64,000 bases of DNA, from positions 271,374,001 through 271,438,000 of the forward strand of contig OZ024742.1 of assembly GCA_964016885.1 (NCBI GenBank). The letters are read 5' to 3'. The notes beneath the pieces are model-generated. The model was not told the DNA's origin and did not search any database. It saw nothing but the letters and a program-made list of their open reading frames with translations. Position numbers and translations under genes: made by a program. Origin of the DNA: Eledone cirrhosa. Lineage: Eukaryota. Positions 15,991-31,316 of this stretch are shown here, piece after piece; within the stretch, counting starts at the first letter, position 1; the number at the start of each line of letters is the position of its first letter.

Positions 15991-17325
15991 GGTGGACTTT
16001 ATGGCCGGGTGCACTCTTCTTCCTTGTACTATGTTTATGTACAGGAAGATGTTGGTTGGAAGGGGTTGGTAGTAGGCCGTCGTCTTTTTTGATTTCATAG
16101 TAGGGGAATAATGCGAGTAGGCTACAGTGGTCACTGTCACCGGGGTCGTGATCTTTATGTTGTGGTAAGTTACCTATACTATCGCCTGTATAATTAACGT
16201 TGTGGCCGTGTTCCTTAGTGCGATTATCTATACTATTACATCCGACTCCTTCGAAGTCGCCGCGTGATAGGTTATAGGTATGGCTTACTATAACGCTCGT
16301 TTTATTAGGGGGGGGGGTCTGGAGCTAGCGTTAGGGATGTAGGAAATTCCTCGGTTAAGGCCTGCGCTTATCAAGGCCCTATTGTAGTAGTCTGCCGCTT
16401 GGTTGAAGATATGCTCATTGGCGGAGAGCCTCGAGATCCTATGTATGATGGTATAGACTATGGAGTTGAGAGTCTGCTAAGGGTGGTTGGAGACATAGTT
16501 ATTAGAAGAAAGACTCTCTCCAGACTTATGGTATGGGTTGTATAGGCCCGGTCTCAACTCCAGGGTCACGTCCAGGAAGTTGACAACATGGTGGTTGAGG
16601 TCTATAGTTACGGACAGGCCGTATGGCTTCAAGAACCTGTGTATATGCTTGTTAAGGTGCTCGATCCTACGAGGGCTATCGTTCCTAACAGTAAACAGGG
16701 CATCGCCCCTACATACACCGCCTTTTAGGGCCGGTATCTTGTCCCTAAGCTTATGGAGGATGTATATTCCGACCAGGTCAGTTGCTTGCCTTGAGTCGCT
16801 GGACTCCATCGTGATATCGCAGTTATCAGGACGGTTGGTTCTGGTCCAGTGGGAGCCTTCAAACTGGATAATGGTTCTACGCGCCGCTAGAGCTATGTTT
16901 ATTTATTTTTTAGTGATGCTCGTGTTAGATTTAGCTAATATGAATTCCTTATTTAAGAGTATGGGGGAGATAGAGGCGTAGTAACTATCTATGTCAAACT
17001 GGATGAACGTCAGGCTCGCTTTATCAGGCAACTCGGTGAACCAATTTATGACCTGGTCGGTGTTGCCCCAGAGGCAGACCTTAGCCTTTCTATTAAGCTC
17101 CAGTAGTACTCTATCTAGGATCACTTTACTAATCTTACCTATATCATATGTAGAGGGACATATTAGTCTAATAGAGGGACTTTCAATAAAGTTACATTTG
17201 TGATCCTTAAGGGATAATCTAGGCCTCAGGGCGACATACGGGTTTGTGTACTTTTCTATTTCTAAGCTGGTAACTATATCCTTCCCAACTCTATTTATGT
17301 CATTTAGGGTACTAATGGGTGTCTA
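15990..17325 (-). mobile_element. PLE reverse transcriptase fragment
   Basis: FIQFDIDSYYASI; VNFLDVTLEL.PGLYNPYHK; YVSNHP. Confidence 0.88.
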
Positions 17326-17711
17326 CAAAAAGACAGCCATTAGTACCTTTTTGTAGACAAAATTAGATTGCGACAAACTTTAACACCCCGGCGTGCAGGT
17401 GCTGCAAAAAACATCAGGAAACTAACCATGCATCCCAGACCCTGCTTCAAATGACCCAGGCGGACAGGTGCAGCAAACAAACGTGTCAAAACAAACGTTG
17501 CATACCTGACCCCGTGCGTATCGACAATGGTAAGGTTGTAACCACATCTTGAAACAGATAAAAAATGTGTCCGGGAAAGACTGCCCTAACACCGGCCAGA
17601 GTTACCTCCCTTGAGCTACTGCAAAATCAAAACACGGTATTTTGCGAAGACGTGAACTTATCTCCAAAAACACTTTCCGAGCAATGTAAGGAACACTTTT
17701 TAGTTGTTTAT

Positions 17712-17749
17712 GCCCTTGAGAAGCCCATCCGGGCGAAACGTACGTAGGT
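17712..17749 (+). ncRNA. Degenerate hammerhead in a probable inverted pLTR
   Basis: GCC CTTGAGA A GCCC-ATCC-GGGC GAAA CGTACG TA GGT, followed by AATAAA. Confidence 0.65.
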
Positions 17750-18173
17750 GCTGTTTTAAATAAACATGTTGTAACGGTCTGTTCTCATATTTCTCATTTT
17801 TCCACGTTCTTACGCTTTGCTAATTCTCTCGCCCACTAGATATTAACATATCTAATATTTAACACTGCCGTCACTAGCATCGATCCCCCTCTGCATACGC
17901 TATTTGGCAAATAACTACATGTATCACCTATCCCTCCTTTTTTCTTTCTCGATACGTAAATACTCTATGTATATATATATATATTTTTTTTTATTTTTTT
18001 TGTGTATCTGTATTTTTATGTAATTTCACACTTCTTGTATTTGTTTATTTTTATGTTTTTATTTTCCCTCCTCCCCTCTCTTATCGTTGTCAACGCGCAT
18101 CCTCTGTCTAATTTATTTTATTTTATTTTTGACTTCTTTGAATATTTTTTGTTCTTATTATTTTTTTTATTTA

Positions 18174-18367
18174 GGGCAGTGGATTGGCAGTATCGGTAGA
18201 GGGTCGGACGCCATGCTTTGACGCATAGAGTTACGGCCCTTGCCATTCTGAGTTCAAAATCCCGCCGAGGTTGACTTTGCCTTTCATCCTTACGGGGTCG
18301 ATAAAATAAAGTACCAGTAATACACTGGGTAATTGCTGGCCTTGTGCCAAAAGTAGAAACAATTATT
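18174..18367 (+). mobile_element. tRNA-derived SINE, full length
   Basis: A-box-like TGGCAGTATCGGTAGAG, B box GAGTTCAAAATCCC, conserved core, ends GTAGAAACAATTATT. Confidence 0.9.
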
Positions 18368-18519
18368 TTTTTTTATTTATTCCTATTACTTCATGTATAT
18401 GTACGTGTATATATTTTGTCAATGTCGGTTGATACATATACGCTTACGTGACAGCTTATGTCTACGTACTTTTTAAGTATATGCGCGTGGTTGACTGTGT
18501 GTATGTTTGTTTATTTATT

Positions 18520-18564
<45 letters not shown>

Positions 18565-18569
<5 letters not shown>

Positions 18570-19987
18570 GAAAACACAGGTAAGCATTAAGAGAAGGATT
18601 TTATCCAGGTATTTACGACCGTTTCATTGTTAAGTGCAACCTTTTATTGCTATACTGCAAATAGCAGCCACTCAATTATAATTGTTGTTCACAGTCCAAA
18701 TTTTCAAAATAGTGAGTAAGTTACTCTTGAAATAATTCTTAATATATAGAGAAAAACATTTATTTGGAATTGTATTTACTAGTATAGAGAGAGAGGAATC
18801 AGAAGGTGGGGGGACAAATGGAATAGTATAGAGAGAGAGGAAGGGGGAAGAGTTAGGAAGTAGAGTGACAAACTGAGATGGAGGGAGGGGTAGAGGTGGA
18901 AGGATTCCTTGATCAGTTTTGATAGCAGTCTTCATGTCATGGAATGTAGTGAGTTACAGAGAATTAAATTGATCATAGTGGGAGGGATGGATAGAGAGAG
19001 AGGGGAGATATAAAGAGATAAATATATATATATAAAATAAAGATGAAGATAATAATGAAAAAAATAAAAGCAATGAAGGGGAGAAAGAAAAAAAGAAAAG
19101 ATAGCCAAGAAAGGGAGGGAGGAAGGAAGAAAACGAAGAAATATAAGAGGAATGAAGGAGAAGGGGGTGGGATATAGGTATTGGTTTTTGTGGGTAATTA
19201 AAAGGGTTTAGATAGAGCAAGAGGGTATAAAGTCTAAGTATATGCAGTTTGTCAGTTGGTAGTATGATGGTTAAGGGTTCGATTTGCACTTGTAGTGCGA
19301 ACATTTCACTTTGAGTCTATGGTTACAATAAATTGATCTTTCGATTTTATTGTTGAGTAACTTATTCTTCGAACTCAAGATGTGGAACAGCTCACGGTCG
19401 CATAATCGACAGCTTCTCATACCACTCCGATATGGGGGCGCGTTCGATAAGTTTTTCCACTTCAGGGTGTATTGATGGTTACTTTCCCCCAGTTGCCAAG
19501 TCTTGTTTGCAAGGGTAGTTACATAACGATGCTGGGAATGTTTCATTGCGTAACGGTGTGAATACCAACGGGCTTTAAATGTATTCCCAGTCGCTCCGAT
19601 GTAATACCATTTCTGGTTGTCTGATTCTACTGTGCATTGGTAAACCAGGTTTGACTGGATACATTCACTTTGTAATGGACAGGTTTCAGGTGGGTGGCAG
19701 TTACAATTCTATTTGAAAATTTGACTGTGAACAACAATTATAATTGCGTGGCTGCTATTTGCAGTATAGCAATATAAGGTTGCACTTACCAATGAAACGG
19801 TCGTAAAGACCTGGATAAAATCCTTCTCTTAATGCTTACCTGTGTTTTCTCTGTTATACTTTATACTCCAAGATTGAACGGAATTCTTACAAACTTGTGG
19901 AGTCACCCCTAACCGTACGTTGAAACCATCCATGAAACTGGCTTTCTTAACCAAGAACTGGATCACAATAAGCAATTTTCTGCTTCC

Positions 19988-19990
<3 letters not shown>
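18565..19990 (-). mobile_element. 5'-truncated PLE (GIY-YIG and 3' UTR) with an inverted pLTR
   Basis: Minus strand: CNCHPPETCPLQSEC...VYQC...YYIGATGNTFKARWYSH...CRLCDRE...LLN; 18565-18712 is the inverse of 19709-19852. Confidence 0.88.
18610..18711 (-). ncRNA. Candidate hammerhead with U3/A8 core and branched stem II
   Basis: TATT TTGAAAA TTTG..GTG..CAAC [two hairpins] GTTG CAC..CAAT GAAA CGGTCG TA AATA. Confidence 0.5.
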
Positions 19991-20051
<61 letters not shown>

Positions 20052-20056
<5 letters not shown>

Positions 20057-21010
20057 ACATAAACAGAGAAAGCCTTAAGCGATACTCCGACCAACTCCAT
20101 CTCACTCAACAAACTTTAGGATATACCTAAGTATTATCCCAATTTAGTGTATAACCAAGTAATATCGATATAAGAATTATATTGACATTAATAGAATGGT
20201 GATGGTCTCCCTCTCAGCGCTAAGAAGAGACTGGTAGATTAGAAAATCCAGCAGTCCTCCCAAAGATAAAATACACGCTGTCCCCAAAAGCGTAAAGGGA
20301 GGTCATCATAAAATGAAACAATATACACGCTGCTCATTTAAACCTGTTTGGTATTAACCACGTGTATAAGAACTCAATTGGATATTAAAAGAATAACCAT
20401 ATGTATACACAACCAATGCACACACAGAGATATTAAAACATAATAAATGTATGGATCACCCATATACACACATAGCCATTCTCTAAGGCTAAATCAGACA
20501 TGGGATATAAGGAAGATCAATCAGTAATTCATATAAAAAAATAATAATAATAAAGAGAGTAATACCTTATATCTGGAAATCATATCAGGCCACCAAGAGT
20601 ATATATTCAATACATAAACAGAGAAAGCCGTAAGCGATACTCCGACCAACTCCATCTCACTCAACAAACTTTAGGATATACCTAAGTATTATCCCAATAT
20701 AGTGTTTGGGGTGCTAACTAATCAGTATGTCGTGGATAGTTGGTTGTATTATTTTATATGAGACATTATTAAATAAATATCTCTTTCCTTCCAGACGGCC
20801 GTTCCGTTATAAGATTTCTACAATTTGGGATAAATAATGTCCAGGTTATGTAGAAACTTGTATATAATCCATAGTTTTATACACAAGCGGGCTCTTATAA
20901 ACTCATCAGTGGATGTCCAAGTAATATTGATATAAGAATTATATCGACATTAATAGAATGGTGATGGTCTCCCTCGGCGCTAAGATGAGACTGGTAGATT
21001 AGAAAATCCA
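20052..21010. repeat. Split direct repeat (A-B ... A ... B)
   Basis: 20052-20150 recurs at ~20607-20705; ~20155-20250 recurs at ~20917-21010. Confidence 0.85.
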
Positions 21011-21111
21011 TATATACCTTTTTCTTCTTCGCACGTTGTTTCCTCAGCCTCACTGTTATATTTCTCATATTTTGTTTTCAAATCCACATTTAATAAAAAT
21101 ACCATGTTTCA

Positions 21112-21169
21112 TTCATTCTGACGACTGAAAGCAGATATATCTGCTTTCAAGAAACCACTGGTAAATGAA
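21112..21169 (+). ncRNA. Type I hammerhead ribozyme
   Basis: TTCATT CTGACGA C TGAAAGCAGA-TATA-TCTGCTTTCA A GAAA CCA-C-TGG TA AATGAA; 6-bp stem I, 10-bp stem II, GUA triplet. Confidence 0.88.
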
Positions 21170-21255
21170 ATAATTATCTTATGTTGTTTATTACATAACT
21201 AATAAGCTATGTAACGTACATAGAGCACTCTTTTTCCTATACTTTAATGATGGAA

Positions 21256-21302
<47 letters not shown>

Positions 21303-21409
21303 CATATATATATAGTACTAACAATAAATATGAAAACTAAAATCCAAATAGGGCTCGATAAGGATATATATATATATATCAAATATATCAGAACCCTAGA
21401 GTAAATATT

Positions 21410-22474
<1,065 letters not shown>

Positions 22475-22550
22475 GTATATGTAATATAGAAAATCTTCTA
22501 CAGTACTAGAACTGTTTCATTTGTGAGAAATTATCATTTACACTATATAT

Positions 22551-22633
<83 letters not shown>

Positions 22634-23170
22634 TTCCATATGTTTGAGTGTGTGTTTGTGTATATTTGTGGCTATGCCGATATTGTAACGTGTGAATTCT
22701 TGCACATATAAGTGAGAGTAAAAGGTCAGGAGGAAAAGTAATTGCAAATGCAAATGAGATTAATGGCAAAACAGAGATAAAATAATCTTCTGGCAGAAGA
22801 TAAAAAGAAACCCGTATGAACGCCACCAGGTGTGAATTTTATTAATTCACATTCACTACCTGATTTTCTTTATTTCAATTCTATGGAAGACCAATTGAGA
22901 AATATTTATTGAATTTCAAATTAAATCATGCAAATATCTAGAAGAATTGTTTGATCATGTTCTAGATGATTATTTTTTTATAAATAAAATGTATTAGTAG
23001 ATTTTTATCTTTGCTTATAATCGAAATTAACACTAGTTAAATCGATATTGTTAATGTGGAGCACATACCCACATACATATACTTATATACTTCGATGCTT
23101 ACTTGCATACACATATTAAATAATTGCTATTACATATATATGTATATATATATATATATATATGTATGTA

Positions 23171-23238
<68 letters not shown>

Positions 23239-23239
23239 A

Positions 23240-23297
<58 letters not shown>

Positions 23298-23472
23298 AGA
23301 GATAGAGAGAGAGAGAGTAGAGACAGAGAGAAAAACTGGCTTCTAAAAGACTCGCACTGTTCTAATCCGGTAGAAGACATGTCTATATATAGTTAAATGC
23401 CTATACGCTACTTACGTATTGACTTCCTTTTTTAACCGTGGATACCCCTCGACACGTCTCGGAAACCTATTA

Positions 23473-23510
23473 CGAGCTGAGGATCCGCTAAGGTGAAACA
23501 TTTGTTATCG
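23473..23510 (+). ncRNA. Minimal hammerhead motif
   Basis: CGAG CTGAGGA T CC-GCTAA-GG T GAAA CATTTG TT ATCG. Confidence 0.55.
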
Positions 23511-23609
23511 GTATGGTGAACTAAACTGTTGTGTAACCACTTCTACCTAACTCGTCCCATGGACTGAGTACTCTACCACTACGGATATTACCTTCCAGTG
23601 TCCTACCAC

Positions 23610-23659
<50 letters not shown>

Positions 23660-24778
23660 TTCGGCTACGAAAAACACTACTTTACTTGAATGCAGAACAG
23701 TATTACTGTTTTAAATATACAATAAAATGTTGCATTTTAACTATTTTTCAACGTTTGTTTTTATTTTTTTTTGCTGTTGTATTTGGTGAACATGGAAGCA
23801 ATATGCGATATTCTGTTTCACTAATAATTGTTTGAAACCAATTACCATTATTTGTTCGTTCTTTTAAACGAGTGTTTCGTTTCGTTTTTCTTTCATTATT
23901 ATTAAATTCGTTTCGTTTTTCTTTAATTATTATTAAACTCATTAAGGAAGAGAAGGAGCAGCAACGTGCATCTCATTAGGCCAGATGATCGGTACTGTGA
24001 ATGGATATCGTCCTAAAAGATGGGATTTGATATTATATCTCACAAAAGAGTGAACACGGCGAGAGTCTTGAAAATGTTTACCGATTATTAGTTTACCAAT
24101 TATATATACGACACATCATGAACGGTGTTACACAGTGTTTCCTTTTATTAGTTTCATTCTTAAGACATTTATCGACGAAAGCATTTTAAACAGTGAAAAT
24201 ATGAATCAGAAGGCAATGGGTGCACAAATTGGAAGTAATGCAATGTTACATTTGTTATGATTATTAAGCACACAATGCTGTTAACTAAGGCCTCTAGTGT
24301 GTGTGTGTAGGGGGGGGTGACAGATTCACACACGTTTGATAATCATTTTCCAATTAGGGATTTCCATTGTCCAGTTATGGCGTTAGGTGCTAGAGTGTGT
24401 CGCTGTAATTTAGTAATATATTTTCTGAAGGAACATTAACATCTAGCGTTAGTTTCGATCACACCCAGTTAAATTCAATAGTACAGTAGGAGAGTGAGTG
24501 GAAGCTGTAGGTACATCATCATCATCACAAGTGTCATTTTCTTTGTGAGTCGCCACAGCATTAACAAGGATATCTTGTTTCACATTGGCTACGTGCACCG
24601 TTGTCTTTTTCCATTGTAATGGAAGTTCACTTCGTAATATATGAGCAGTGTATTTTTTTCTTTATATATTACTAAGTTAAGCAATTATGGTTATGTATTA
24701 TTGGTGATTTTTATAATTCCTGGATCACAGGTTATTATAGGGATTGTGTATGTTTACAACTTCCACAATTGGGTTATT

Positions 24779-24859
<81 letters not shown>

Positions 24860-24889
24860 GTATATATGTATGTATATATGTATGTATAT

Positions 24890-25115
24890 AGGGAGATCTC
24901 TCTGCACCACTTGTCATCACAAGGTACAATGGGCTCAGCACTATGTGTCAGTAATTGTCACAAGTGTAGTGTTTGTACCAAAGTTTTCAAGTCGCTGGCT
25001 GGACTAAAACGTCACACTCGTTCAGCGCATCAGTAGGGGTTCTCCTACATGGATATAAAGTAGTGGCCGTACTCAAAAACGAGTTGGCAGCCACCATGTA
25101 TGTATGTATGTATGT
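24890..25115 (+). mobile_element. 3' piece of the RTE-derived short element
   Basis: Matches 15660-15870; zinc-finger remnant and (ATGT)n tail. Confidence 0.75.
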
Positions 25116-25559
25116 ATATATTATATGTTATTAGTAATGGTGCTCTGAAATAGCGATGTATACATGGATGTATGTATAGAAATATTTGGCAATATACTGA
25201 TGTCTAATTAAAAACATTTAGAAGACTATTCGCTATGAGTTTTATAGTAGTGACTATGTCACTTATTTATTCTAAGCATATAACAACAGAGAGTGATCGA
25301 GAGTCTGTTTCTTGTTTGTGGGCGTTTATGACGACCACATATTCCGCTGCCTTTGCCGAGAATTATAGAAGCTGAATTTTTATAGATTTCCAGAAATAAT
25401 CAGTCGCTGATTATACAGAGCGATTGCCGGTCCAGCAAACATTAGGTATTAGTATTAGTGCTCTGAAATAGTGATGTATAGATGAATGTATGTATAGTAT
25501 ATTTGGCAATATACTGTATATTTAATTTAAAACATTTAGAAAAGCATTCGCTGTGAGTT

Positions 25560-26000
25560 TCCGAGAAGTAATGGCTCTATATGGAACGGATATTTGATCT
25601 TCAAGTTACGTACTCTATCGAGTAACATTACTCCAAAGACCCTTCGGTGGGACCCCATTTCGAACGCTTGTATTCGCGAGCGTATTCTTTCGGTCATTAC
25701 CCAAGATTCATGAACATAGGTAAGAGTTGAAACGAATACCAAATTGAAGATAGCCAATGTGGCTTCTGATTACTAAAGACTAAATTTGGCGAATTACTGC
25801 ACCAGCTCCAGCAATTCTTGCACTTATTTCAACCCCCTACCTTGCATCACTCGTCATGACGGCCCCGAGATAACTGAACTTCTCCACCTGCTTCAGCGGA
25901 ATTCCATTCACATATAGAGTGCACTGCTCAGTGCACGATGTCGTGCGCACATTCCATCCGACTGATTTTTATACCCGATTGTATTGATACAACTTGCAGA
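25560..26000 (-). mobile_element. RTE-clade LINE fragment
   Basis: IPLKQVEKFSYLG; FVSTLTYVHESWVMTERIRSRIQAFEMG.HRRVFGV.LLDRVRN. Confidence 0.85.
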
Positions 26001-26759
26001 TCAATCTGGTAAAGCAAAATATGGCTTGGTGTGACGCCGGATGGTAGGAGGGCACCTTAAATAAAGCAAGAAGTCAAATATGCCATCTAAGCAAAGAAGG
26101 ATAGGTACAAAGCTTGTCTTGGAAATAGGTACTTCTTCATGCACTTGCAGTAAATGAAGGCTAAATGAATTACACACAGCACAAACAGTAAAGGTGTCCA
26201 CATTTTTGAGACATGAGAATACTGTTGGTTTAATCTGGAATACAACTGCAAATCAGTAAATAAATTATAGTCGCAGATAATTCGCTGACATCGTAATAAG
26301 AAGCCGCACAAAGAGGAGTGTTTATAATTTTAATAGTAATGAGCATTAATGAAGTATAGAAATAGCATCCTTATCATTATTTACATGTCTACAGAGATAA
26401 TGATGTTATATCGATAATTCTATCCTGCTCATTATTATTAATATGTTGCACACACACACACATACCACCACCCACACCATCCCACACACACACATACATG
26501 CAGACACACAGACATGCACACACAAAGACACACACACACACATATATATATATAGTTGTTATAAGGTTGCAATTATATGCGTCCGTATGCGGTATACCGT
26601 TTGAGCACTCGATGCTCGCGCAGAGCAGAGTTTATCATTATAGATAACGAGCAATTAGTAATGCATCAAAAACAATTTATTAACATATTACATATTTTTC
26701 TCCGACGATCAGCTCAAGGCAGGATCTATTACAGATCAGCTGTTATATCATCAAACACG

Positions 26760-27150
26760 AACTTGCAACTGCCGCATTAGCACACAATGCCCACTACAGG
26801 GGAATTGTCTAGTGAAAGGCTATAGATTGTGGTTGACACACAAAAAGCATATCACATCTACGTCGGTACAACGTCCACGACATTTAAGTCGAGGATATAA
26901 ATCACATGTATTTTTTCAAGTACCAGACTAAGAGGCACTCCACTAGGCTGGCACACTTGATCTGGGACTTTAAAAATAAAGACAGTGCGTACGAACTCAA
27001 CTGGAGTATTATGCAACCTGCAGATGCATACTCCGCTGGCGAAAGGTGATGCAGCCTGTGTCTGACTGAAGCCATGGAGATAGTAAGATGAAAGTGTCAC
27101 GCAAGCAATCTAAATCCGGGGTCATCATGGCATGCACAACGAAAATACAC
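26760..27150 (+). mobile_element. PLE GIY-YIG endonuclease fragment
   Basis: CNCRISTQCPLQGNCL...IYVGTTSTTFKSR. Confidence 0.78.
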
Positions 27151-27589
27151 ATTTTCTGCTTTGGAATTGCTGGATAGGTTTAGCTCGAGCCCCGTGGAGA
27201 TGCGGACACGAACAAGGAGACCGACACAAATATATAGAATGTGACTTCATACCATTGAATACATTGTATTTATTTAGAAAGTGTCATCACATCATTGCAC
27301 ATACCGTATGTTATTGTTCATTAATGTACTGAATTTTATTTTATTGTATTTAATGTATTGTATTTTTTATTTTTTATTTCTATTTCAATATATTGTTTTA
27401 CTTTACTTCACTCTACTCAGTTTTATGCTTTCAATGTTTACGACACCTACCTTACACTCATTGTGGCGGTAGAGCGGTTATGTGTACGGGTGTGTATATA
27501 CGTGTGCGTGTATGTGTTTAGATATATATGTATGCATATGCCCGTGTGGATGTATGTATATGTTGTGAGTGTGCAGATATATGTGTGCT

Positions 27590-27638
<49 letters not shown>

Positions 27639-27834
27639 ATATAGGCGTGTGTGTTTGTGTATGCAAATGTATGCATGAGTAAATGTGTGTATATATACAT
27701 ACATATATGTGTGTACATGCGTGTGTATATGTGTGTGTACGTATGTGTGTATGCATATATGTGTGTGTGTATGTTTATATATATGTGTGTGTGTGTATAT
27801 ATGCATATATAAATATATATATATATGTATGTAA

Positions 27835-28975
27835 AATGTAAACAGAAATAACAACACAATCGGTAGAGTATATGGAAGGGATATATTAGGTTAACGCTTG
27901 ATATAGCAGGAAAATGGTCTTAACGTTTCGGACGCTAGTCTTTCATCAGAAGAAAGAATGACAAATAAGATAGATTGAGGGGACGGGTAGGATGTAATTG
28001 GAAAAAATGTCTTTAGATAAAAATAACAGGTCCATTAACGTTGACATCTCTTGCAAAATTTAGTGCTGGCGTTTTGTGTACGATTTATTTTTTTAGAAAA
28101 GTGGATGATGGAGCGCGTCTACCTGAAATGGAAAAGAAAACGTCCTGTAAAAAGAGCTATACTTGAGCACGTGTGTGTGTGTGTATGTGTTATTATACGT
28201 TCGTACGAAGCTAAGAAGAAATGTGTGCGTATATGTGAGTAAAAAGAGTCTGCGTGCATGTAAATTCGAAGCCATCAGCAAAAGTATCTTAATATAAGGG
28301 TGTGTATGTGTTATACAGATCAGTGAAGGGAAAATGTAGTGTAAATATATAGTCGGCATGTTTTAGTTGTAAGAGAAGCTGCTAATGTTCAAGAGAAAGT
28401 GATAGGATTCTAGGGATGTGATAATGGACGGGTATTAGAAAAATAGGGGAGATGTGTTGAGTCCAAGAGGGGATAAGGACCCAAGGCGGTGAATCAGACT
28501 TCGATGTGAATCAGATCCATGATGTAAAAGGACACCCAGGACTGAAACATGTACATGTAGGGATGAATGACCAGGAGAACAGAAATGACGGTCGACAGGA
28601 GTATCCAAACCGAGTCGTATGTCCCTCAAATGTTCGGCAAAACGGGCCGCCATACGGGTTACCGTTTGACCGATATATAAAGACCACAATGTGAACACCG
28701 GAGGGAATAGACAATGTGGGTGGATGTGCAGGTGAAGGAATGGCGGATACGGAAAGACCCGTAAGGTATATATGCCTGTAAGAGTGGTGAGGGTGCACAT
28801 CAAGGGACAAGTTTTGCGGCGGGAACGGGAACAAGGATGAGAGCCGGGTGGTGTCGTGAGAGCGGACGAACAGGAACTACGAACCAGGAGGTCGTGGATG
28901 TTGCGCGTGCGCTTAAAAGCAGTAATGGGTGGGTTTGAAAAAAAGCGAGAAGTGACGAGATCAGAAGAGAGGATA
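27835..28975 (-). mobile_element. PLE 3' part (GIY-YIG and pLTR), same family as 57225-59060
   Basis: LYIGQTVTRMAARFAEHLRDIR...LIHRLGSLSPLGLN; colinear with 57860-59060. Confidence 0.9.
27918..27953 (-). ncRNA. Minimal type I hammerhead ribozyme
   Basis: TCTT CTGATGA A AGAC-TAGC-GTCC GAAA CG TT AAGA. Confidence 0.78.
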
Positions 28976-29434
28976 TATGAATGTGTGCATATACGTATAT
29001 ATATGTATATATATATATGTGTTTGTGTATTTGTGTATGCTTAGACGTGTGTAGTATTAGATATATTTATACGTCTGTGGTAACCAGCTTTGGGTGATTA
29101 CAGGTTACGCGTGAATGACTGCAGCTAGTGGATGAATATTAATGGTGAAAGGAAAGAGGTGACGCTTGAACTACTAAAGCAATGAAAAGGCCGTATTAAT
29201 AGGATGATGTTAGCTGCTGCTGCTGCTGCTGCTGAAACGGATGGAATGGTTTCAATCGGATGGAATGCTTTGAAAACGCAAAACATATCTGAGGAATTTG
29301 CGAATGCAAAGCCAGGTTCGATCTGTAACATATCCTGCCTTGAACTGGTCGTCGGAGAATCATATGTAATATGTTAATAAATGAGCAAGCCACAATAATT
29401 ATTTATTTATAATAGTTTATTAACTTTGTCTATT

Positions 29435-29690
29435 AATCCGTATGGTGAGCAAATAGTGTCCAACGTGCTGGCCTCCCCACAGCCCCGGCGGACAGGAGGG
29501 AGAAGGAGTTTCCCTGGAGGATGGTAGGGGAGATGCGCTGGAAGAGCCATTCCAACTCGCGAGACTCACACCTGCGGTTGATCAATTCAGCGCCTATGGA
29601 GATGAATAGGGAGGTAGCACTAGGGCCAAGGACACCAGAAGTCTCCACTGCCTAGGGCACGACCGCGAACCTGTCGAAGACGACCGGTTC
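29435..29690 (-). mobile_element. CRE-clade non-LTR retrotransposon C-terminal fragment
   Basis: AVETSGVLGPSA...IG...RELEWLFQRIS..ILQGNSFSL. Confidence 0.75.
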
Positions 29691-29733
29691 TTGTTAATAA
29701 ATTGTGTTTTGAAAGATTACTGATGCCTCGTTA

Positions 29734-29868
<135 letters not shown>

Positions 29869-29983
29869 GTAATAATAATAAATTAGAAGACTAAAATCCA
29901 AAGAGGGCACGATTAGAATTTCAGAAGATCCCGTTAAGGGTGAAAGCAACGATTCTTTGCTTAAACTTTAATCTGTTATTTTA

Positions 29984-30022
<39 letters not shown>

Positions 30023-30099
30023 CATAACAGATTAAAGTTTAAGCAAAGAATCGCTCCTTTCACCCTTAACGGGATCTTCAAATTTATTATTATTACTAT

Positions 30100-30338
<239 letters not shown>

Positions 30339-30677
30339 AGGAGAGAGAAAGAGGAGAATGTGGAATTGGAAATAGCACGGAAAATATATTTAAGGATCTG
30401 TTTTACTCTTTTTCTTCGTTGATTCGTCAAGGTGACATTATTGAAAAAATGAAAGGAACAATTCTTTTAAAAAAAGGTGTTTATGTTGTACATGAAATAT
30501 ATACAATATAACCGTTTTCAAGGAATCAGTGGGAACCATCTTATCAATATTACAATTGAAAAGAATTAAAAAGTATAAAAAAATTGAAAAATTGAAAATT
30601 GTGTGTTGAAATATGTTCATCTTTCTTGTGAAAACTGGGCCGAAAATGGAGTCTTACATATTTAGAGAGGGGTACTC

Positions 30678-30678
30678 A

Positions 30679-30744
<66 letters not shown>
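30678..30744. repeat. (AGT)n microsatellite
   Basis: Direct inspection. Confidence 0.97.
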
Positions 30745-31273
30745 AAGGTGTGTAGGTAGTTGTGTTTTTCAAAGAAAAAAAAATTATATTTGGGTATAGT
30801 CTCAATTGTTTTAAAGGATTGGACTAAAGTTCAGATGGGGTGGTGAAGGGAGGAAATGTAAGCTAGAGACACTTGCTGTAAAGAGAGGTAAATGAGAGAG
30901 GTAAATCGGATTGTCAAGAGAAAATCTATTTTAGGAATATGGTTTTAGAGAGTATGAGTGTGTATGTGTGAGAGTGTTTATATAAACATATATGTGTGTG
31001 GGTGCATGTGTCTTATTGTAAGTGTGAATGGATCAAAATTAAGAAGAATATTTTAGGTGATTTCATGTATATACACATATATATAGTTGTATGCTTTTTT
31101 AAGTGGTGTGTGTGTTTGTGTGGATATGTATGTGTACTTTAGTTTGTTTCTCACAGGTCTTTTTGTGGTGGGAAATAAAAAAAAAAACAGCAAAGCATCA
31201 ATGATGAATTTCAATCAGGATTTTTTGGAAAATGTCTTATTCATTTTGAGGAGTGAGTGCGTGTGTGTGTGTG

Positions 31274-31316
<43 letters not shown>

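Noticed and set aside
23940-24640. Possible host exon or coding relic in non-repetitive sequence (also 4100-6040)
   Set aside because: No sustained ORF, splice-consistent exon or recognisable motif
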